Shown here: positions 56,502-64,000 of the stretch, piece by piece
Layout: the number at the start of each line of letters is the position of its first letter
Position numbering within the stretch: the stretch's first letter is position 1
Source of the DNA: a virus
Taxonomy: Duplodnaviria > Heunggongvirae > Uroviricota > Caudoviricetes
Virus record (IMG/VR): IMGVR_UViG_3300026472_000003
Coordinates: 82,851 to 146,850 of that record
Reading direction: 5' to 3' (one strand)
Length of the DNA stretch: 64,000 bases
Made by a program: the position numbers and the translations under genes
Notes under the pieces: generated by a model
Seen by the model: only the letters and a program-made list of their open reading frames with translations
What the model was told of the DNA's origin: nothing
The model's database searches: none

Positions 56502-56529
56502 TTGACAAAGCAGTGAAATAAAGTATACT
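56502..56529 (+). promoter_or_regulatory. sigma70 promoter TTGACA-N16-TATACT
   Basis: 34 nt upstream of the 56563 ATG. Confidence 0.55.
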
Positions 56530-56562
56530 GAGCAAAATAACCCAAAACGGAGAACTAAAATT

Positions 56563-56940
56563 ATGGCACGTCAACCTAAAATCAAAATCGACCTGATCAC
56601 TTCTTTACCGTCTGATCCGGTACAGCGCGACCGCCTTAAAGGCAGCGTGACAGAAATCGTTGATTTGCAGCGCCAGATTGCTGACCTGAAAAGCCAGATT
56701 AAGGACATCCGCGATACTGAGAAAGCAACTCACAACATCGCGCCGAAATTCCTCAACTCTCTGGCGAAGCGTGAATATGACGTTCGATTCGAAGCAGAGA
56801 AGAAATCTGCTGCGCTGGATGCCGAGCAGGAAGTATTTACCGAAGCAGACATCTTATTCGGGCGAGGCAAAGCTCCAAATGCGGAGCAAACCGAAGAGGA
56901 TGATGGTGGTGAAGCAGGCCTGATGTGTGGTACGCTATGA
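56563..56940 (+). CDS. hypothetical protein
   Basis: 125 aa, acidic C-terminus. Confidence 0.5.
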   Translation: MARQPKIKIDLITSLPSDPVQRDRLKGSVTEIVDLQRQIADLKSQIKDIRDTEKATHNIAPKFLNSLAKREYDVRFEAEKKSAALDAEQEVFTEADILFGRGKAPNAEQTEEDDGGEAGLMCGTL

Positions 56941-57146
56941 AATATTACTTAAACGCCATTGGGCTGTTTATCTTCCTTGCTGCATCACTGGGGGTCGGCA
57001 TTCCGACCCTGGTGTCAGCGAAGGACTCAATTTTGGTTCTACTCGGGTTTTTATGGTTGTTTGCGATTCCATGTGTCGTGTGGCCTTGGGTTAGAGTCGC
57101 CTTCATTAATCCGATGAAGAAAGCTAAACTAAAAAGAGGGGAATGA
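56937..57146 (+). CDS. small membrane protein
   Basis: ATG at 56937 (MKYYLNAIGLFIF..), two TM segments. Confidence 0.4.
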   Translation: MKYYLNAIGLFIFLAASLGVGIPTLVSAKDSILVLLGFLWLFAIPCVVWPWVRVAFINPMKKAKLKRGE

Positions 57147-57147
57147 T

Positions 57148-57312
57148 ATGCTGCTGAACTTTCGGGCCGAAACGTACAGCAAGCTAAAATACCTGGCCCA
57201 AAATGCTGACAAATCAATAGCTGCTTACGTGGCAGCTTTATGTGACGAACATGTTGAGCAGAACGTCTCAACTAACTACACCTTAAAAGAGGAAAAAGAA
57301 ACCAATGATTAA
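57148..57312 (+). CDS. small ribbon-helix-helix-like protein (54 aa, not in ORF track)
   Basis: AGAGGGGA RBS. MLLNFRAETYSKLKYLAQNADKSIAAYVAALCDEH.. Its stop overlaps the next start. Confidence 0.35.
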   Translation: MLLNFRAETYSKLKYLAQNADKSIAAYVAALCDEHVEQNVSTNYTLKEEKETND

Positions 57313-58195
57313 GAATATCAAACGTATCCTGTTCGCTGCTGCATTGTCCCTGGCTGCTATTGGCCTTACCGGATGTGAACGTGCGACTGTCCCCGCTGGC
57401 TATGTCGGCGTTAAAGTAGACCTGTATGGCGATGAAAAAGGCGTACAGCAGCAGGAAGTTGGTGTTGGTAAGTATTGGTTGACTTGGAACGAAGAAATTT
57501 ATCAGTTCCCAACATTCAACCAGTTGAACAACTATCCGAAACCGTTCAACTTCCAGACCAAAGACTCCATGACGGTTGGGGCGCTTATCGGGGTTGAATA
57601 CTATGTTGACCCAAGCAAGGTAACTAAGATTTTCCAGACGTACCGTAAAGGCGTCCAAGAGATCACCGACATCAACATCCGCCAGAACATCTCGGATGCT
57701 CTGATTAAGGAAGCTGGTTATCTGGACATTGGTACACTGGCGGGTGATGGTAAAGCGAAGCTGCTAGACCATGTTACTCAAACTGTGAAGGCGAAGTTAG
57801 ACCCTATTGGTATCATCATTGTTAAGCTGTCCTACATTGATGAGTTAGAATATCCACCACAGGTTAAAGCGTCAATCAACGCCAAGATCGAAGCTACACA
57901 GAAAGCCCTGCTGCGTGAGAATGAGATCCAGCAGACTAAGGCCGAGGCTCAGAAACAAATTGAGGCAGCTCGCGGTGAAGCGGAATCTCGTCGCCTTGAA
58001 GCTCAAGGCCAGGCAGATGCAAAAGTGGCATTAGCTAAGGGTGAAGCAGAGTCAATCAACCTTCGTGGTGATTCTCTCCGTAAAAACCCAGAGATCATGC
58101 AGTTGGAAGCCATCAACAAATGGGACGGTAAAACACCTACCATTATGGGCGGAAACGGTGCAGTACCTTTCGTAAACTTGCCAGCAGGTAAGTAA
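57305..58195 (+). CDS. SPFH/band-7 (HflK/C-prohibitin-like) lipoprotein
   Basis: Lipoprotein signal with LTGC lipobox, then an SPFH-like core and a C-terminal E/A/Q-rich coiled-coil. Confidence 0.55.
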   Translation: MIKNIKRILFAAALSLAAIGLTGCERATVPAGYVGVKVDLYGDEKGVQQQEVGVGKYWLTWNEEIYQFPTFNQLNNYPKPFNFQTKDSMTVGALIGVEYYVDPSKVTKIFQTYRKGVQEITDINIRQNISDALIKEAGYLDIGTLAGDGKAKLLDHVTQTVKAKLDPIGIIIVKLSYIDELEYPPQVKASINAKIEATQKALLRENEIQQTKAEAQKQIEAARGEAESRRLEAQGQADAKVALAKGEAESINLRGDSLRKNPEIMQLEAINKWDGKTPTIMGGNGAVPFVNLPAGK

Positions 58196-58241
58196 GTTAA
58201 TAAGCCCCAGTTCGCTGGGGCAGTTATCAAAGGAGAACATA

Positions 58242-58436
58242 ATGTTACTCAAATCTTTAGCTCTAATCTCTCTCTTCGTTTGTTCACAAGCACTGGCAAC
58301 AGTCAATACTATGGAATTAGTAGGTGAGTATCCGAACGGTTCTAAAAAGATGTGCGTCTACAGTAATGGTCACCGTACTGAGACAATTGAACACAGCGCC
58401 GCTTCCGCTTGCCCTTCTGTTAAAACATTCCACTAA
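58242..58436 (+). CDS. small secreted protein
   Basis: Signal peptide MLLKSLALISLFVCSQALA, AAAGGAGAA RBS. Confidence 0.45.
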   Translation: MLLKSLALISLFVCSQALATVNTMELVGEYPNGSKKMCVYSNGHRTETIEHSAASACPSVKTFH

Positions 58437-58446
58437 GGTATTGACA

Positions 58447-58707
58447 ATGAAAAAATCTCTCGGCTACAAGGTGATTCAGTGGGTCTTATGTTACATTTGT
58501 GTTTACCTTTTCTTTATTGCCTCTCTTGTTCTCGGGTATGCATTCGCTTGTTTCCTTACTTGGGATATTATAGAGTTCTTCCCTGGCGCTGTTCTCCGCA
58601 TTGCAGCACTCTTGGCTATGTTGGTTACCGTTTTGGCTCCTTGGGATAAAGTTTTAAAAGATAAGGGGGAAGCAGAAGAGGAGAAAAAGAATGAAGCTGG
58701 AAATTGA
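58447..58707 (+). CDS. small membrane protein
   Basis: ATG at 58447 (MKKSLGYKVIQWVLCYICVYLFF..), two or three TM segments. The track's 58324 start overlaps the previous gene. Confidence 0.4.
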   Translation: MKKSLGYKVIQWVLCYICVYLFFIASLVLGYAFACFLTWDIIEFFPGAVLRIAALLAMLVTVLAPWDKVLKDKGEAEEEKKNEAGN

Positions 58708-59125
58708 GTTAGTCCCGAAGACGGCTTGGTTCACAAACCTCCGGTCTGATCTGACAAAGGCTCAGTGGGATGTTGTAAGAAAGAAGTGTTACCGCGAGGC
58801 AGGCTACAAATGTGAGATCTGCGGTGGCGTCGGCACCAAACATCCGGTGGAGTGCCACGAGAAGTGGGACTTTGAGGATGGAAAGATAACACTGCTGGGG
58901 CTAATTGCTTTGTGTCCTTCGTGTCACGAGTGTAAGCATATTGGTCTGGCAGGCATAAGGGGTCGAGGAGAGATAGCTCTTCGTCACTTTATGAAAGTGA
59001 ATGGAATTGGACGGGCAGAAGCTGAGGCCTATGTGAAAGCAGCTTTCAAGCTGTATCATGAGCGGAGTCAAAGGGATTCTTGGGAATTGGATACCAAGTA
59101 TCTATCGGAGTATTTAAAAAGTTAA
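58691..59125 (+). CDS. Cys/His-rich zinc-binding protein (possible HNH-variant)
   Basis: CEICGG..HPVECHEKWDF..CPSCHECKH. Confidence 0.35.
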   Translation: MKLEIELVPKTAWFTNLRSDLTKAQWDVVRKKCYREAGYKCEICGGVGTKHPVECHEKWDFEDGKITLLGLIALCPSCHECKHIGLAGIRGRGEIALRHFMKVNGIGRAEAEAYVKAAFKLYHERSQRDSWELDTKYLSEYLKS

Positions 59126-60255
59126 GAGGGGGAGTATTGGCATACCCGTACAATGAGAATTGGAAGGAAAAAGTAACTGACGATTGTGTTGTGGTTTTGG
59201 ATTTAGACCAAACTTGTTTTGTGTCTGCTGCTGGTTCTGAGAAAAGAACCATCAAAGCAACCCACAAGGCGTCAGGGCGTGAGAAGACCTTTAAGAACAG
59301 AACTGAGTTCTACGGAGCGCAACGAAAGGTTGTTGGTGGCTGGCTTAAAGATCAAAATATGAATATGGAGGCGAAGGCAAAGGCCGCAGGCCGAGACTTC
59401 GTTCCCTGGGGCCGAGATGACTTCACTATTGAGGACATTCAAACCCCAGAGCCAGTTGAATACTGCCTCCATCTTCTCAAGATGAAAATAAACTCCATTT
59501 TCGAGCATTTGGAGATGCCGGACAATGTGGGGCTAGGTGTCTTGGGCGGTAGCGGGAACTTCCGCCTGATGCTTCCGGCACCTGAGATTTACAAGGGTAA
59601 CCGTGAGGACACATTACGACCGCTTCTCCTGCAAGAGACGCGAGATTATGTCCAGCGCCGTTATAATGCACGGGTGATCGACAACATGGAAGCGGATGAC
59701 TACCTGTCCATTCTTGCCTTTGAAGGTTGGGAACACTACCAGAAAACAGGTAAGTTCAACCGGATTGTTGTTTCTTTCGATAAAGACCAGAAAGGAACAC
59801 CAGGGCTTCTGTTCGACTCTATGCGTGACAACGAAGAGAGGACGTGGAAACACCCAATCCCGATGATCATTGACGATTCAATGGGCGGAATCTGGATGGA
59901 AGGCAGCAAAGTCAAGGGCTGGGGCAAGAAATTCTTCGGTTACCAGATGCTTTGTGGTGATAGCTCAGATAACATCAAGCCATATCAGAGCTTTGATGTG
60001 GGTCGTTTCGGTGACACAGCCGCTTTCAACCTTATTGGTCACTTGACTGACGAGAAAGAGATGTGGGTTGTGATTGTAGACCAGTATAAGAAGTGGTTCC
60101 CTGACGGGGTTAAGTTCACGTCTTGGGATGGCACTCAGAAAGAGATGTCAGCCGGACAATGGGCATCCATCATCTTCCAAATGGTGTACATGAAGCGAAC
60201 TCCTAATGACAGGACTACGCTGACAAGCGAGCTGAAAAGATTGGGGGTATTTTGA
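59080..60255 (+). CDS. HAD-like hydrolase-fold protein (probable start TTG 59134)
   Basis: VVVLDLDQTCF resembles HAD motif I (hhhhDxDxT), and GDSSDN resembles motif IV. Confidence 0.35.
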   Translation: MGIGYQVSIGVFKKLRGGVLAYPYNENWKEKVTDDCVVVLDLDQTCFVSAAGSEKRTIKATHKASGREKTFKNRTEFYGAQRKVVGGWLKDQNMNMEAKAKAAGRDFVPWGRDDFTIEDIQTPEPVEYCLHLLKMKINSIFEHLEMPDNVGLGVLGGSGNFRLMLPAPEIYKGNREDTLRPLLLQETRDYVQRRYNARVIDNMEADDYLSILAFEGWEHYQKTGKFNRIVVSFDKDQKGTPGLLFDSMRDNEERTWKHPIPMIIDDSMGGIWMEGSKVKGWGKKFFGYQMLCGDSSDNIKPYQSFDVGRFGDTAAFNLIGHLTDEKEMWVVIVDQYKKWFPDGVKFTSWDGTQKEMSAGQWASIIFQMVYMKRTPNDRTTLTSELKRLGVF

Positions 60256-60575
60256 GCATTGACACAATTATCATGAACGCTGTGATGAGTGACGAGCAGG
60301 CGGCGGGGGTTTCCTCCTTCCGTCATAACTACATCGTCATGACAGGGTGTTGGCGTATGATTGACGGGGATGATGGCGTCCCTCACATATTGGCAACTGA
60401 CAACTACAGCTCCCCCGAGAATGTCTTGGATGTGGTACTGGCGGATGATTGCGAGGTTATCGACGGAGAGGTTCTCCTAATGTACACGAGAGTTCTTTTA
60501 GATGACCGCGAGTTTTCACTGGTGGTTATTAAGAGTCAAGTGTATGCACCTGGAGAGACGGCGGAGGCAGAATGA
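60252..60575 (+). CDS. hypothetical protein
   Basis: 107 aa. Confidence 0.4.
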   Translation: MSIDTIIMNAVMSDEQAAGVSSFRHNYIVMTGCWRMIDGDDGVPHILATDNYSSPENVLDVVLADDCEVIDGEVLLMYTRVLLDDREFSLVVIKSQVYAPGETAEAE

Positions 60576-61192
60576 AGCTGATGTCTGTAGACCAATCTCT
60601 CAGTCATTGTGCTGTTGTGGTCTGGGAGGGTGATAAACCCTCTTCAAAACACATGATATGTACAGGGTCAACCCGTAGTAAAGGAAAGCAGAAACCAAAT
60701 GTGGCCTATTTTGATAGCGTCACAGAACAGATCCTCTACATTGCAGAGAAAATCCTGCATTTGTCTAAGGAGCATGGTTGCGATACCTACGTGATGGAGG
60801 AACTCAGCTTTGGGTCTCTCGGTAATGCCACCCGAGACTTAGCTGGGTTATTTTATTGTATCCAGATGCTGTTCATGTTGAATGAGGACTCCGGTGGGCC
60901 AACCTCTTATCTCAATTGCATCCCGCCCACTTCGGTTAAATCTTTCGCAAGAGAGTTCTTACCGGAGGAAGAAAGGGTTGTGATGAATAAAAGGGTTGAC
61001 AAAAAGACTGGCAAGACAGTATACTCGAAGGGCAAACTGGTGATGAAAAAGCCGGAGATGGTTAGGGCTGTTGAGTGTGCAGAGCCTGGGTTCTTGGATG
61101 GAATAACTCTTACCGCCGGAAAGGCTGACTATGCGGATGCATATCTTATCGGGAAGGCCTACATAGAGAGACAGGGGGTTTCATCACCGTAA
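60572..61192 (+). CDS. RuvC-like Holliday junction resolvase
   Basis: N-terminal Asp in MSVDQSLSHCAVVVWEG, YVMEELSFG, and C-terminal KADYADAYLIG (RuvC DxxD-like). Confidence 0.45.
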   Translation: MKLMSVDQSLSHCAVVVWEGDKPSSKHMICTGSTRSKGKQKPNVAYFDSVTEQILYIAEKILHLSKEHGCDTYVMEELSFGSLGNATRDLAGLFYCIQMLFMLNEDSGGPTSYLNCIPPTSVKSFAREFLPEEERVVMNKRVDKKTGKTVYSKGKLVMKKPEMVRAVECAEPGFLDGITLTAGKADYADAYLIGKAYIERQGVSSP

Positions 61193-61323
61193 GGAGAAAG
61201 AGAAAGGTCACGAAGAAGCGGCCTTTCGTCTCTAAGGAAAAAGTAGCTGGGAGAATAACCGTCCCCTATACGAAGGAGCTGTGGGTAAAAACCTCCAAGC
61301 AGATAGCAGACTACCGAGAGGTC

Positions 61324-61764
61324 GTGATAAAACAGCAAGGCGGCAGAGACCCTATAACAGGAGACCTGCTGCAAAAACCTTGTCTCGATCATGACCACTT
61401 TGACGGGCGGTGTCGTGGGGTTCTTAGCCAGAATGTAAACACCTTTGAAGGGCAAATCCTCAAAGCCTGGATGAAGTATGTGTCTGAATACACAGAAACA
61501 TCTCTCTCAACAGCCCTGAGAAACTTGGCTGATTACTTAGAGACGGACTTGAGTGGCAACAAAATCCACGGGTCTTACTTGGCGGATATGACTAAGTTCT
61601 TGAAAAGATTGGCTAACGAGACAATCCGACGCAGGGCGCTTCAAGATTTAGCTCTTACCATACCGGAAGACAAAACAAAAACGGAGGCAGTTGAGATGTA
61701 TCTCACTGAGTTCGTTATCCAAACGGAGGCCTATAAGTGGCAAACGCACAACTGCCCGTCTTAA
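61324..61764 (+). CDS. endonuclease VII-like (recombination endonuclease VII family)
   Basis: CLDHDHFDGRCRGVLSQNVNTFEG matches T4 EndoVII HVDHDH..G.VRGLLC..CN. GTG start. The frame is open 195 nt further upstream. Confidence 0.55.
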   Translation: MIKQQGGRDPITGDLLQKPCLDHDHFDGRCRGVLSQNVNTFEGQILKAWMKYVSEYTETSLSTALRNLADYLETDLSGNKIHGSYLADMTKFLKRLANETIRRRALQDLALTIPEDKTKTEAVEMYLTEFVIQTEAYKWQTHNCPS

Positions 61765-61940
61765 AGTTCTACTACAAAAACTACCGAGGTGAACAAGGAG
61801 TGAGGTCTGTACAAGACCCCAAGTGGCGCTACGGTTCAACCGAATATCATCCAACACCGCAATGGTTAATCGACGGATTTGACTTAGAGAAGCAAGACTT
61901 CCGGTCATACGCCGCAAAAGACATTGTGGAAATTTACTGA
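61737..61940 (+). CDS. hypothetical protein
   Basis: 67 aa. Confidence 0.35.
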   Translation: MANAQLPVLKFYYKNYRGEQGVRSVQDPKWRYGSTEYHPTPQWLIDGFDLEKQDFRSYAAKDIVEIY

Positions 61941-61948
61941 GAGGTGTA

Positions 61949-62902
61949 ATGACTTTATCTGTAGACCAGATTTTGAAAATGAAAGAAGAAGGGAAAAGCA
62001 ACCGATGGATTGCCCGTGAGCACCTCGGTGCCGACTCAAAAGAGTCAACCATCCGTTCTATCCTGGCGCGTCACGGGATTGAGAAGGTAGTGAAGCAAGT
62101 GGTGAAGGAAAACCCACGAGCCAAGATCTTCTTGGGCGATGTGGAAGTGTCTCCAACGCTGGCATGGGCCTTTAATCGCTTTAAGGCTTTCATTACACCG
62201 TCGCACGTTGAACAAGAGCCTTACATGCTGACTTGGGCAGGCAAGTGGTTAGGTAACCCTGCGATTATAAGCCGGAAGCTGCCAGACTACACCTTGTTTG
62301 AAACAGACCCGAAGAATGACCTCATGCTGGTGCGAGAATTATGGCACATTTTGGACGAATGTGACATTTTTATAGCACACAACGCACGGTTCGACAGAGG
62401 ATGGGCCAACCAACGATTTGCATTCCACGGGATGCAGCCACCGTCTCCTTATGTGGTTATTGACACCTTGTCAGCAAGCAAAGAAGCATTTTCGTTGCCA
62501 TCTAACTCCTTAGAGGCTGCGACCAACTACTTTATGCTGGAAAGAAAGCGCCACCACGAGGGTATCACTCTGTGGATTCGTTGTTGCAAGGGTGAAGTGG
62601 AAGCGTTCGAAGAGATGGAGTATTACAATATCGGTGATATCCCCACTCTGGAAGGCCTGTACTTGAAAGTGCGTCCTTACATGAAGAAACACCCTAACGT
62701 CAATCTCTATGACGAAGACACCACCATGCGGTGTGTCCGTTGTGGAAGTGAGGACATCGAGGAGATGCCAGGAAAGGTTGGGACGACTTACCTGTCTAAG
62801 TTTCAAGCGTACCGCTGTAATGGCTGTGGGTCGGTGATGAGAGACCGCCGCAACATTAGAAGCAAGGAAGAGATGCAAGTAACGTTGGCAAACATTATCT
62901 AA
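61949..62902 (+). CDS. hypothetical protein with C-terminal zinc ribbon
   Basis: CVRCGS..CNGCGS. Confidence 0.45.
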   Translation: MTLSVDQILKMKEEGKSNRWIAREHLGADSKESTIRSILARHGIEKVVKQVVKENPRAKIFLGDVEVSPTLAWAFNRFKAFITPSHVEQEPYMLTWAGKWLGNPAIISRKLPDYTLFETDPKNDLMLVRELWHILDECDIFIAHNARFDRGWANQRFAFHGMQPPSPYVVIDTLSASKEAFSLPSNSLEAATNYFMLERKRHHEGITLWIRCCKGEVEAFEEMEYYNIGDIPTLEGLYLKVRPYMKKHPNVNLYDEDTTMRCVRCGSEDIEEMPGKVGTTYLSKFQAYRCNGCGSVMRDRRNIRSKEEMQVTLANII

Positions 62903-62929
62903 GGGCTTCGGCCCTTTTGAGGAGGCAGA

Positions 62930-63115
62930 GTGGGAAGAGTTCTTATGGTTGACATTCCAAGTCACAACGATGATGATTGGCTCAGAGAACGGCTGAGAGA
63001 TCTGGACAAGCGACTTGAAGATTTGGTTGAAAACGCAGAGACTGAGGAGATTTTCAATGACCTCGGAGCTTGTCTCGATATTGTCAATGCTATGCAGCAA
63101 TACGCTGGGTATTAG
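62930..63115 (+). CDS. hypothetical protein
   Basis: 61 aa, acidic. Confidence 0.35.
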   Translation: MGRVLMVDIPSHNDDDWLRERLRDLDKRLEDLVENAETEEIFNDLGACLDIVNAMQQYAGY

Positions 63116-63123
63116 GAGATAAA

Positions 63124-63330
63124 ATGTCAGTGCCTATTGACGAGCACGGTAATCTAATCTTACCGGAGAATAAAAACACAGAGTGGGAAAAGACTGTCCT
63201 GAGAGAACTACTCTCTCGATTAGATGTTCTTGAAGACTCGGTGGACGAGTCAGGATACGAACCGCACGGCGAGTGTCAGATGATTGTGAGAGGACTTTTG
63301 GAATATCATGGGGGGATGTTTGAAGGTTAG
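63124..63330 (+). CDS. hypothetical protein
   Basis: ATG at 63124 with UAGGAGAUAAA RBS. Confidence 0.35.
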   Translation: MSVPIDEHGNLILPENKNTEWEKTVLRELLSRLDVLEDSVDESGYEPHGECQMIVRGLLEYHGGMFEG

Positions 63331-63838
63331 TCAGGAAGACTTGGAATACTTGAACAGGATGTTCTTGTACGATGAGGAGAAAGGAACTTTAACTTACAAA
63401 TGGTTACCTTTAAAGAAATCATTAGTAGGCAAGACTATCTCCCCTAAGCCATCTCATTATGGGTACAGGCATGTGAGTGTTAACAACAAACTCTTCTACC
63501 ATCATGTCATTTGTTTTTGCTTAGGCAGACAGTGTACATTGGGGGAAGAGGAGGAAGTTGATCACAGAGACCGCTGTAAGACAAACGACATCCTCCGTAA
63601 TTTGAGGTTGGCCAGTAAGTCGGATAACTGCAAAAACCGAAGTTGTTTTTCTAATAATAAGCTAGGTTATAAATGCATCCATCAAAGGAGAAATGGGAGT
63701 TTCAGAGTAGACATCTCCTCCAACAACAAAAGAACCTATGTTGGAGATTTTATTCTCCTTGATGATGCAATAAAGGCTCGTGACGAGGCGCTAGTAGTCT
63801 TGCATGGTGAGTTCAACTATAAGGATAATACTCTTTGA
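63308..63838 (+). CDS. HNH homing endonuclease
   Basis: VDHRDRCKTNDILRNLRLASKSDNCKNR (HNH). Confidence 0.6.
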   Translation: MGGCLKVSQEDLEYLNRMFLYDEEKGTLTYKWLPLKKSLVGKTISPKPSHYGYRHVSVNNKLFYHHVICFCLGRQCTLGEEEEVDHRDRCKTNDILRNLRLASKSDNCKNRSCFSNNKLGYKCIHQRRNGSFRVDISSNNKRTYVGDFILLDDAIKARDEALVVLHGEFNYKDNTL

Positions 63839-64000
63839 AAATTTTAATTTTGAACGCCCCCCCACAAAGTGGAAAGGACGAAATAGCAGAGTACCTCTCT
63901 GAGAACTACGGTGCAGTCCACATGGAAGTAAAAGAGCTTCTATTCCAAGTGGCTGTCAGGGCGGCGGGGATCTCCCGCCCACTGTGGGACGCTCTTTATC
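63835..64000 (+). CDS. dNMP kinase-like P-loop protein, N-terminal part (runs past window end)
   Basis: LKILILNAPPQSGKDEIAEY resembles T4 gp1 FLSGVKRSGKDT. TTG start overlaps the previous stop. Confidence 0.35.
   Translation, partial: MKILILNAPPQSGKDEIAEYLSENYGAVHMEVKELLFQVAVRAAGISRPLWDALY

Overview
This 64-kb window reads as a contiguous piece of a virulent tailed-phage genome with a contractile tail. The gene content (large tRNA array, HNH endonucleases, NAMPT-like plus PRPP-synthetase-like pair) is compatible with a Felix O1-like (Ounavirinae) phage, but that identification is inference only; no similarity search was run. Layout: (1) ~1-34.8 kb, minus-strand late/structural operon: large terminase, portal, prohead protease?, scaffold, decoration protein, major capsid, neck proteins, tail sheath, tail tube, tail assembly chaperone with a candidate -1 frameshift, tape measure protein, baseplate and several tail fibre/spike genes. 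It also carries an overlapping i-/o-spanin pair and a 484-aa nucleotidyltransferase-like gene. (2) ~34.9-43.4 kb, a minus-strand tRNA array of about 23 tRNAs. Several have atypical architecture and there are two tRNA-like degenerate elements. Three HNH homing-endonuclease genes and small basic proteins are interspersed, and a two-gene coiled-coil block interrupts the array. (3) ~43.5-48.2 kb, minus-strand small genes plus an NAMPT-like / PRPP-synthetase-like pair, which may be an NAD+ reconstitution counter-defence module. (4) ~48.2-48.45 kb, a divergent control region with two perfect 21-bp direct repeats and sigma70-like promoters pointing both ways. (5) ~48.4-64 kb, plus-strand early/DNA-metabolism genes: a three-gene RNA-repair cassette (metallophosphoesterase, RNA ligase, polynucleotide kinase), an adjacent NADAR and Zn-less Sir2-like pair, ATP-dependent DNA ligase, MazG-like protein, SPFH/band-7 lipoprotein, RuvC-like and EndoVII-like resolvases, HNH endonuclease, and a partial dNMP-kinase-like gene at the window end. 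All protein calls rest on motifs read by eye and on gene order. tRNA calls were folded by hand and coordinates may be off by a few nt.
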